From Alkalilimnicola ehrlichii MLHE-1 (GTDB lineage Bacteria; Pseudomonadota; Gammaproteobacteria; Nitrococcales; Halorhodospiraceae), in assembly GCF_000014785.1 (NCBI RefSeq), contig NC_008340.1, forward strand, positions 2,100,001-2,132,000: 32,000 nucleotides of DNA. The letters run 5' to 3'. Position numbers and translations under genes: made by a program. Shown piece by piece: positions 24,484 to 32,000 of this stretch (within the stretch, counting starts at the first letter, position 1; the number at the start of each line of letters is the position of its first letter). The notes below the pieces were generated by a model. It made no database searches, was not told the origin of the DNA, and was given only the letters and a program-made list of their open reading frames with translations.

Positions 24484-27168
24484 ATGACCGTCCACACCGC
24501 AGTAACGGCGGGCGAGTTGTTCGACGCCCACGCCCTGGACACCGCCCTGGAGCGGGGCGAGCCGGCGATCCCGGCCCTGCGCCGGGCCCTCGAGGAGGGG
24601 GACCGGGCACTGGCCGGGCAATTCCATGCCGGCACCCCCGCTGCCGAACTGGTGCCGCGCCGCGCCTACCTGATGGACCGCATCATTCGCCGGCTGTGGG
24701 CCCAACACCTACAGCATGCCGAGGACCGCTGCGCCCTGGTGGCGGTGGGTGGCTACGGCCGCGGCGAGTTGCACCCGGGCTCGGATGTGGATGTCATGAT
24801 CCTGATCGAGCCCGATGCCCGCGAGGCGTTGGGCGATGCCCTGGAGGGGATGATCACCGCCCTCTGGGACCTGGGCCTGGAGGTGGGCCACAGCGTGCGC
24901 AGTATCGAGGACTGCGTGCGCGAGGCGGAGATGGACATCACCGTGGCCACCAATCTGATGGAGGCACGCCTGCTCTGCGGCAGCGCCGCCCTCTTCCAGA
25001 CCATGCGCCAGGTGACCGGCCCCGACCGGCTGTGGCCCTCGCGGGCCTTTTTCGAGGCCAAGTGGGCCGAGCAGGTGGCCCGTCACCAGAAGTATCACGA
25101 CACCGCCTACAACCTGGAGCCCAACATCAAGAGCAGCCCCGGCGGGTTGCGCGACATCCAGATGGTGGGCTGGGTGGCCAAGCGCCATTTCCGCGCCAAC
25201 ACCCTGCGCGCCCTGGTCGATCAGCGGTTTCTCACCGAGCAGGAGTTTGACGCGCTGATCGCCGGGCAGAACTTCCTGTGGGATATCCGCTACGCCCTGC
25301 ACCTGCTGGCTGGCCGTCGCGAGGACCGACTGCTGTTCGACCACCAGACCCAACTCGCCGAGCAGTTCGGCTACCGCGACCGCGAGCACAATCTCGCGGT
25401 CGAGCAGTTCATGCAGCGCTACTTCCGTACGGTGATGGAGCTCTCCCGGCTCAACGAGATGCTCCTGCAGCTGTTCCAGGAAGCCATTCTCTACGCCGGC
25501 GAGCACGAGGCCCCGGTGCTGCTCAACAAGCGCTTCCAGTCCCGGCGCGGGTTTCTGGAAGTCACCCATAAGAACGTCTTCCGGCGCTACCCCTTCGCCC
25601 TGCTGGAAGTGTTCCTGGTGATGCAGCAGCACCCGGAACTGAAAGGGGTGCGCGCCTCCACCATCCGGCTGATCCGCCAATACCGCAATCTGATCGACCA
25701 GCGCTTTCGCAAGGACCTGCGCGCCCGCAGCCTGTTCATGGAGATCATGCGCCAGCCCCGCGGGCTCACCCACGAGCTGCGCCGAATGCACCGCTACGGG
25801 GTGCTGGGCCGCTACATCCCGGCCTTCGGTCAAATCACCGGGCGCATGCAGTACGACCTGTTCCATGTCTACACCGTGGACAGCCACACCCTGTTCGTGG
25901 TGCGCAATCTCCGGCGCTTCGCCATCCCCCGGCACGCCCACGAGTTCCCGCAGTGCAATACCATCATGGCGCGGCTGCCCAAGCCGGAGCTGCTCTACCT
26001 GGCGGCGCTGTTCCACGACATCGCCAAAGGGCGCGGCGGCGACCACTCCGAGCTCGGCGCGCGGGATGCCTACGATTTCTGCATCCAGCACGGGCTGGGG
26101 GCGTACGATGCCCGCCTGGTGAGCTGGCTGGTGCGCAGCCACCTGCTGATGTCCATGACCGCCCAGCGCAAGGACATCTCCGACCCGGAGGTGATCACTG
26201 AGTTCGCCCGGCGGGTGGGCGACCAGATCCACCTGGACTACCTCTATCTGCTCACCGTGGCGGACATCCGCTCCACCAACCCGTCGCTGTGGAACTCCTG
26301 GCGGGACGCGCTGCTGGCCGAGCTCTATGTGCTCACCAAGCGGGCCCTGCGCCGGGGTCTGGGCAACCCCATCGACAAACGGGAGCTGATCAACGAGACC
26401 CAGGCCCAGTCCCGCCGCCGGCTGCGTCAGCGCGGCCTCCACCACATGACCGTGCGCGCCATCTGGCGCCGGCTGGCGGACGACTACTTCCTGCGCCACT
26501 CGGCCGAGGAGATCGCCTGGCACACCGAGGCCATCGCCGCCGCCCGGCCAGAGGACCTGCCCATCGTTTTGGTGAAACAGCGCGGTCCCCGTGGCGGAAC
26601 CGAGTTGTTCATCTACGCCCGGGACAACCGCTACGTGTTCGCCCGCACGGTCTCCACCCTGGATCGGCTGGGGTTGAACATCCAGGACGCGCGGATCATC
26701 ACCACCGACCAGGGCTACACCCTGGACAGCTATCTGGTGCTGGAGGACAACGGCGAGCCGGTTACTGACGAGGGCCGTTGCCGGGAGATGGTCGAGCGCC
26801 TGCGCACCAGCCTGGCCGATGCCCACCGGCCACCGGACTTGGCCGAGCACCGCCTGCCGCGGCGGCTCAAGCACTTTTCCACGCCCACACAGATCAACTT
26901 CAGCACCGACGGGCCCAACCAGCGCACCGTGCTGGAACTGATCACCGGCGACCGGCCCGGCCTGCTGGCCCAGGTGGGTCAGGCCTTCAGTCAGTGCCGG
27001 GTCAAGCTGAAGAACGCCAAGATCGCCACCATCGGCGAGCGGGCCGAGGACGTCTTCTTTATCACCGACGACCAGGATGAACCGCTGGCCGACCCAGTGC
27101 AGTTCCGCTGTCTGCGCGACGTCCTGTCCGACTGCCTGGAGAATACCGGCGAGGGCACCTCCCAATGA
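24484..27168 (+). CDS. glnD: [Protein-PII] uridylyltransferase / uridylyl-removing enzyme
   Basis: 894 aa, VGGYGRGELHPGSDVDVMILIEPD nucleotidyltransferase motif, HD domain (ALFHDIAKGRGGDHSELGA), C-terminal ACT domains. Confidence 0.96.
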   Translation: MTVHTAVTAGELFDAHALDTALERGEPAIPALRRALEEGDRALAGQFHAGTPAAELVPRRAYLMDRIIRRLWAQHLQHAEDRCALVAVGGYGRGELHPGSDVDVMILIEPDAREALGDALEGMITALWDLGLEVGHSVRSIEDCVREAEMDITVATNLMEARLLCGSAALFQTMRQVTGPDRLWPSRAFFEAKWAEQVARHQKYHDTAYNLEPNIKSSPGGLRDIQMVGWVAKRHFRANTLRALVDQRFLTEQEFDALIAGQNFLWDIRYALHLLAGRREDRLLFDHQTQLAEQFGYRDREHNLAVEQFMQRYFRTVMELSRLNEMLLQLFQEAILYAGEHEAPVLLNKRFQSRRGFLEVTHKNVFRRYPFALLEVFLVMQQHPELKGVRASTIRLIRQYRNLIDQRFRKDLRARSLFMEIMRQPRGLTHELRRMHRYGVLGRYIPAFGQITGRMQYDLFHVYTVDSHTLFVVRNLRRFAIPRHAHEFPQCNTIMARLPKPELLYLAALFHDIAKGRGGDHSELGARDAYDFCIQHGLGAYDARLVSWLVRSHLLMSMTAQRKDISDPEVITEFARRVGDQIHLDYLYLLTVADIRSTNPSLWNSWRDALLAELYVLTKRALRRGLGNPIDKRELINETQAQSRRRLRQRGLHHMTVRAIWRRLADDYFLRHSAEEIAWHTEAIAAARPEDLPIVLVKQRGPRGGTELFIYARDNRYVFARTVSTLDRLGLNIQDARIITTDQGYTLDSYLVLEDNGEPVTDEGRCREMVERLRTSLADAHRPPDLAEHRLPRRLKHFSTPTQINFSTDGPNQRTVLELITGDRPGLLAQVGQAFSQCRVKLKNAKIATIGERAEDVFFITDDQDEPLADPVQFRCLRDVLSDCLENTGEGTSQ

Positions 27169-28355
27169 GCAATCCCGACCTGGACCGCCTGCAGCCCTAC
27201 CCCTTTCAGCGCCTGGCCGCCCTGCGCGAAGGCGTGCAGCCGCCCGCCGATCGCGACATGATCAGCCTGGCCATGGGCGAACCGCGCCACCCGGCGCCGG
27301 GGTTCGTGGCCGAGGCCCTGATCGAACACACCCACGGACTCGCCCGCTACCCGGCCACCCGGGGCGACACCGCCCTGCGCGAGGCCATCTGCAGCTGGCT
27401 CAGCAGCCGCTTCCAGGTGCCGGCCGGCTGGCTCGACCCGGAACGCCACGCCCTGCCGGTCAACGGCACCCGCGAGGCGCTGTTCGCCTTTGCCCAGGCC
27501 ATGGTGGACCGCGGGCGCCCTGGCGCCCGGGTACTCATGCCCAACCCCTTTTATCAGATCTACGAGGGGGCAGCGCTGCTGGCCGGTGCCGAGCCGCGCT
27601 ATCTGGACGCCACGCCGGGCGGCCAGCCCGATTTCGATGCCGTGCCCGCCGCGGCCTGGCGCGACTGCCAGCTCCTCTACATCTGCACCCCGGGCAACCC
27701 CACGGGGGCGGTGCTGGACAACGCGCAGCTGCAACGGTTGATCCGGCTGGCCGACGAGCACGATTTCATCATCGCCGCCGACGAGTGCTACTCGGAGATC
27801 TATCCCGACGAGGCCAACCCGCCACCGGGCCTGCTGCAGGCCTGTGCGGCGATGGGGCGCAGCGGCTTTGAGCGCTGCGTGGTCTTCCACAGCCTGTCCA
27901 AGCGCTCGAACCTGCCCGGGCTGCGCTCCGGCTTCGTGGCCGGCGATGCCGAGCTGCTGGCGGGCTTCCTGCTCTACCGCACCTATCACGGCTGCGCCAT
28001 GCCCCCGGCCACCCAGGCCGCCAGTATCGCCGCCTGGTCGGATGAGGCCCATGTGCGGGAGAACCGCGCCCTGTACCGGCAGAAGTTCGACGCGGTGCTG
28101 GACATCCTGGGTAAGCCGCTGGGCCTGGAACGCCCGCAAGCGGGGTTCTATCTCTGGCCGGAGGTGCCGGAACGGGATACGGATTTCACCCTGGGGTTAT
28201 GGCGCGAGGAGCACGTGGCGGTACTCCCTGGCAGTTTTCTCGCCCGTGACGGGGGCACCGGCAACCCGGGGGCGCGGCGGGTGCGCATGGCGCTGGTGGC
28301 CGAGCCCGAGGCCTGTGTAGTGGCGGCGCAGCGTATCCGCCGCTACCTGCAATAG
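27165..28355 (+). CDS. dapC: Succinyldiaminopimelate transaminase
   Basis: 396 aa class I/II aminotransferase, MSNPDLDRLQPYPFQRLAALREG...VFHSLSKRSNLPGLRSGFVAGD; lies between glnD and dapD. Confidence 0.9.
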   Translation: MSNPDLDRLQPYPFQRLAALREGVQPPADRDMISLAMGEPRHPAPGFVAEALIEHTHGLARYPATRGDTALREAICSWLSSRFQVPAGWLDPERHALPVNGTREALFAFAQAMVDRGRPGARVLMPNPFYQIYEGAALLAGAEPRYLDATPGGQPDFDAVPAAAWRDCQLLYICTPGNPTGAVLDNAQLQRLIRLADEHDFIIAADECYSEIYPDEANPPPGLLQACAAMGRSGFERCVVFHSLSKRSNLPGLRSGFVAGDAELLAGFLLYRTYHGCAMPPATQAASIAAWSDEAHVRENRALYRQKFDAVLDILGKPLGLERPQAGFYLWPEVPERDTDFTLGLWREEHVAVLPGSFLARDGGTGNPGARRVRMALVAEPEACVVAAQRIRRYLQ

Positions 28356-28449
28356 TTGTCGATTTGGTTATCATGACCGGCTCCGCCGGGACCCCATCAA
28401 CGGGGCCGGGCCGCCGGGTTGAACAGTCATAGCACAGGAGCAGAACACC

Positions 28450-29268
28450 ATGCAGGATCTCAAACAGACCATCGAAACCGCGTTCGAGAACCGGGGCGAG
28501 CTCAGCCCCGCCAGCGCACCCGCCGCGGTGCGGGAGGCCGTGGAGCAGGCACTGGCCATGCTGGATCGCGGCGAGGCCCGGGTGGCCGAGAAGCGCGATG
28601 GCGACTGGGTGGTCAATGAGTGGCTGAAGAAGGCGGTGCTGCTCTCGTTCCGGCTGAACGACAACGAGATCATCCGCGGCGGGGCCACCAACTTCTTCGA
28701 TAAGGTGCCGCTGAAATTCGCCGACACCAACAGCGAGCAGATGCGCGCCAGCGGGGTGCGGGTGGTGCCGCCGGCAATGGCCCGGCGCGGTGCCTATATC
28801 GGCCCCGGTGCGGTGCTGATGCCCTCTTACGTCAATATCGGCGCCTATGTGGACGAGGGGACCATGGTGGACACCTGGGCCACCGTGGGTTCCTGCGCCC
28901 AGATCGGCAAGAATGTGCACCTCTCCGGCGGCGTCGGGATCGGCGGCGTGCTGGAGCCGCTGCAGGCCGCGCCCACCATCATTGAGGACAACTGCTTTAT
29001 CGGTGCCCGTTCCGAGGTCGTGGAGGGGGTGATCGTGGAGGAAGGTGCAGTGATCTCCATGGGGGTCTACATCGGCCAGAGCACCAAGATCTACAACCGC
29101 GAGACCGGTGAGGTGACTTACGGCCGGGTGCCGAAGGGCGCGGTGGTGGTGCCGGGCAGCCTGCCGGCGAAGGACGGCAGCCACAGCCTGTACTGTGCGG
29201 TGATCATCAAGCAGGTGGACGCGCAGACCCGCTCCAAGGTGGGGATCAACGAGCTGCTGCGGCCGTAA
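28450..29268 (+). CDS. dapD: 2,3,4,5-tetrahydropyridine-2,6-dicarboxylate N-succinyltransferase
   Basis: 272 aa, [85 protein letters not shown]. Confidence 0.98.
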   Translation: MQDLKQTIETAFENRGELSPASAPAAVREAVEQALAMLDRGEARVAEKRDGDWVVNEWLKKAVLLSFRLNDNEIIRGGATNFFDKVPLKFADTNSEQMRASGVRVVPPAMARRGAYIGPGAVLMPSYVNIGAYVDEGTMVDTWATVGSCAQIGKNVHLSGGVGIGGVLEPLQAAPTIIEDNCFIGARSEVVEGVIVEEGAVISMGVYIGQSTKIYNRETGEVTYGRVPKGAVVVPGSLPAKDGSHSLYCAVIIKQVDAQTRSKVGINELLRP

Positions 29269-29310
29269 GGTCTGCCTGCCGGGTATCCGTTTCTATCCGC
29301 TTCGCCCGGG

Positions 29311-29436
29311 GCGGCTTCAGCCCGGGGCGGGGCGCCCCACAGGGGGACGCTGCGAGTACATCCCTGTAAGCTCGTCGGCGGCCATCCCTGGCCGCCGACG
29401 CCCCCTGTGGGGCGCCCCGCCCCGGGCTGAAGCCGC
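29311..29436 (+). repeat. Copy B of the long-hairpin element: 36-bp perfect inverted arms (29311-29346 / 29401-29436) around a 54-nt core (29347-29400)
   Basis: Left arm GCGGCTTCAGCCCGGGGCGGGGCGCCCCACAGGGGG is the exact reverse complement of 29401-29436; core ACGCTGCGAGTACATCCCTGTAAGCTCGTCGGCGGCCATCCCTGGCCGCCGACG. Confidence 0.96.
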
Positions 29437-29486
29437 TGTGCCATCTGAATTGCGCTTCTGCCCTCTTCTTTCAAGGCCCGGAAATC

Positions 29487-30614
29487 ATGTCCGAGACACT
29501 GGAACTCGCCTCCGCACTCATCGCCCGCCGCTCGGTGACGCCCATGGACGCCGGCTGCCAGCAGTTGCTGGCGGAGCGATTGCGGCCCCTCGGTTTTGAC
29601 TGTGAGCGGCTGGATTACGGCGAGGTGAACAATCTGTGGGCCCGGCGGGGTCAGCAGGGGCCGGTGTTCTGTTTCGCCGGCCATACCGATGTGGTGCCCC
29701 CGGGGCCGGAGGCCCAATGGCGGCACCCACCCTTCCAGCCGGTGGTCGAGCAGGGGCTGCTCTACGGCCGCGGCGCGGCGGACATGAAGGGCAGCGTCGC
29801 GGCCTTTGTCACCGCCCTGGAGCGCTACCTGGCCGGCGGCCACCGGCCGCGGGGTTCGCTCGCCCTGCTGATCACCAGCGACGAGGAGGGCCCGGCGGTG
29901 GACGGCACCCGGCACGTGGTCGAGACCCTGTCCGAGCGCGGCGAGCGCATCGACTGGTGCCTGGTGGGTGAGCCCTCCAGCACCGAACGCGTGGGGGATG
30001 TGGTGAAGGTGGGCCGGCGCGGGTCGCTCAACGGGCGGCTGACGGTGCGCGGCGACCAGGGCCACGTGGCCTATCCCCATTTGGCGCGCAATCCGGTGCA
30101 CCAGGCGCTGGCCGCCCTGGATGAGCTGGTCACCACCCGCTGGGACGAGGGCAACGACCATTTCCCGCCCACCAGCTTCCAGATCTCCAACGTCCAAGCC
30201 GGCACCGGCGCCACCAACGTGATCCCCGGCGAGCTGGAGGTGACGTTCAATTTCCGCTTCTCCACCGAGGTAACGGCGGATGAGTTACAGCAGCGGGTAG
30301 AGGCGGTGCTGGACCGTCACGGCCTGGACGGGCGGATCGACTGGTCGCTCTCGGGCGAGCCCTTTCTGACCGCGGAGGGGGAGCTGGTGGCCGCCACCCA
30401 GGCGGCGGTCCGCGATGTCTGCGGCGACCCACCGGTGCTCTCCACTTCCGGCGGCACCTCAGACGGCCGCTTCATCGCCCCCACCGGGGCCCAGGTCCTG
30501 GAGCTGGGGCCTGTGAACGCCACCATCCACAAGGTGAACGAGCACGTGCGGGCGGCGGATCTGGACACGCTGTCAAGGATTTACGAGGGCGTCCTGCGCC
30601 GACTGCTCGGCTGA
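29487..30614 (+). CDS. dapE: Succinyl-diaminopimelate desuccinylase
   Basis: 375 aa M20 peptidase, [27 protein letters not shown]...[14 protein letters not shown]...[15 protein letters not shown]. Confidence 0.96.
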   Translation: MSETLELASALIARRSVTPMDAGCQQLLAERLRPLGFDCERLDYGEVNNLWARRGQQGPVFCFAGHTDVVPPGPEAQWRHPPFQPVVEQGLLYGRGAADMKGSVAAFVTALERYLAGGHRPRGSLALLITSDEEGPAVDGTRHVVETLSERGERIDWCLVGEPSSTERVGDVVKVGRRGSLNGRLTVRGDQGHVAYPHLARNPVHQALAALDELVTTRWDEGNDHFPPTSFQISNVQAGTGATNVIPGELEVTFNFRFSTEVTADELQQRVEAVLDRHGLDGRIDWSLSGEPFLTAEGELVAATQAAVRDVCGDPPVLSTSGGTSDGRFIAPTGAQVLELGPVNATIHKVNEHVRAADLDTLSRIYEGVLRRLLG

Positions 30615-30670
30615 GGAGGCACCCCCCGGCTGCACGGCGGGGCCGACGATGCGACGGCGGGAGACCGGTC

Positions 30671-31273
30671 CTACAGAAACCGTCGCCGTGCCCGGTGCAG
30701 CAGCAGGCCAGCGAGCAGCGAGAGCAGGATAACGATGGTGGCGGCGGAATAGACGCCCAGCCAGTCGGCCAGCCGGGCCCATTGGTTGCCCAGCCAATAG
30801 CCGGCCACAGCCAGCACGGCGTTCCACAACGCGGTGCCGGCAGCGGTGAGCAGCACGAAGCGCAGGAACCCCATGGGCATGAGCCCGGCCGGTATAGAGA
30901 CCAGGCTGCGGAAGCTGGGCACCAGGCGCCCGAAGAACACCATCCAGTCCCCGTAATACTGAAAGGCCATCATCACCCGGTCCAGGTCCTTGCCCTTCAA
31001 TAGCAGATAACGCCCCGGTCCGGTGACCAGCGTCCGGGTGCGCGCCTCCCCCACCTGGCGCGCCACCAGGTAGATCAGGGTGGAACCGAACGTGGCCCCG
31101 ATGCTTCCGGCCACCACCACCCCCTCGAGGGTGAACACCTCCGTGAAGGCCAGGAAGCCGGCGAAAGGCATGATCACCTCGGGGGCGACGACGATCATCA
31201 CCAGGGCCAGCCCGCGGTAGCCCAACCCTTCCACCAACGACCGCCACCAGGCCAGGGTCACCTCACTCGACAT
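30671..31273 (-). CDS. DedA family (SNARE-associated / VTT domain) membrane protein
   Basis: PEVIMPFAGFLAF...GSTLIYLVARQVG...FFGRLVPSFRSLVSIPAGLMPMGFLRFVLLTAAGTALWNAVLAVAGYWLG; start MSSEVTLAWW at 31273, the ORF track extends to 31345. Confidence 0.88.
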   Translation of the reverse strand: MSSEVTLAWWRSLVEGLGYRGLALVMIVVAPEVIMPFAGFLAFTEVFTLEGVVVAGSIGATFGSTLIYLVARQVGEARTRTLVTGPGRYLLLKGKDLDRVMMAFQYYGDWMVFFGRLVPSFRSLVSIPAGLMPMGFLRFVLLTAAGTALWNAVLAVAGYWLGNQWARLADWLGVYSAATIVILLSLLAGLLLHRARRRFL

Positions 31274-31536
31274 CCGCCCTCTGTCCCTTCCCGGCGGCTT
31301 GTCCCCCTCAGGGGTGGCCGGGCCGCAACATTCAACGTTTCGCAATGGTCCGCGGGAGCGCCCCGCCCGCGCCTCGATATCACCGGGATGTCACACGCCG
31401 GGGATGGCAGGGTTCCACGCTCACTGGTAAGTTGAGGGTAATCCTTTTCGGCTGCCCCCACGCGAACCCGTTAGGCTAACACCTTCGGCCGGCGTGCGGG
31501 TGCCTTCGCCGCCAGAACACGAGACCGCGCCTTCGC

Positions 31537-32000
31537 ATGGACCAAAAAACGATCGATCTCAAGCAACCGGACCTCTACTTCAACCGCCTGCTCAGCCTGC
31601 TGGAGTTCAACCGCCGGGTGCTCGCCCAGGCCAAGGACACCGACACCCCGCTGCTGGAACGCCTCAAGTTCCTCTGTATCTGCACCTCGAACATGGACGA
31701 GTTCTTCGAGGTGAGGGTCTCGGGGGTGAAACACAAGGCCGAGGCCGGTTCGGTTCAGGCCGAGTCGGACAATCGCAGCCCGCAGGAGACCCTGAATGCC
31801 ATCAGTGCCGTCAGCCACGAGCTGGTAGCCGAGCAGTACCGCGTCCTCAACGAGGAATTGATCCCGGCCCTGGCGGAAGAGGACATCCGCTTCATCCGCC
31901 GGGCCGATTGGACCGACGCCCAGACGGAGTGGCTGCGCCGTTTTTTCGAGGACGAGCTGCTGCCGGTGCTCAGCCCCCTGGGACTGGATCCGGCCCACCC
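31537..32000 (+). CDS. ppk: Polyphosphate kinase 1, N-terminal part (3' end outside window)
   Basis: MDQKTIDLKQPDLYFNRLLSLLEFNRRVLAQAKDTDTPLLERLKFLCICTSNMDEFFEVRVSGVKHK, typical Ppk1 N-terminus. Confidence 0.95.
   Translation, partial: MDQKTIDLKQPDLYFNRLLSLLEFNRRVLAQAKDTDTPLLERLKFLCICTSNMDEFFEVRVSGVKHKAEAGSVQAESDNRSPQETLNAISAVSHELVAEQYRVLNEELIPALAEEDIRFIRRADWTDAQTEWLRRFFEDELLPVLSPLGLDPAH

Noticed and set aside
29118-30197. 359-aa minus-strand ORF spanning copy B and dapE
   Set aside because: Antisense to dapE and running through the hairpin element; no recognisable domain.

Overview
High-GC (about 67%) gammaproteobacterial chromosomal window, with gene content and order suggesting Ectothiorhodospiraceae-like (inference only). 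Two housekeeping blocks diverge near 23.6 kb. The minus-strand block, in transcription order, is rpsB-tsf-pyrH-frr-uppS-cdsA-dxr-rseP-bamA-skp-fabZ-lpxA-lpxB-rnhB-dnaE-[exbB-exbD-exbD-tonB-pilZ-like]-accA-tilS-pyrG. The plus-strand block is map-glnD-dapC-dapD-dapE, followed by a minus-strand DedA-family gene and a partial ppk. The most unusual signal is a two-copy intergenic element at about 663-806 and 29311-29436. Each copy is a perfect long inverted repeat (45 bp and 36 bp arms) around a conserved 54-nt core (50/54 identical). The arm sequences differ almost completely between copies but match perfectly within each copy. The core contains two mini-hairpins, both with TCCC loops, and both copies have the same orientation relative to transcription. 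Copy A supplies the stop codon of tilS. Other notable points are a TonB cluster inserted between dnaE and accA with a Fur-like promoter, a second ExbD with Asn at the normally essential Asp, a 12-nt tandem repeat inside tonB, a PilZ-like protein with a long insertion, absence of lpxD from its usual slot, and a likely S2 autoregulatory leader. No tRNA, rRNA, CRISPR array or transposase was seen.
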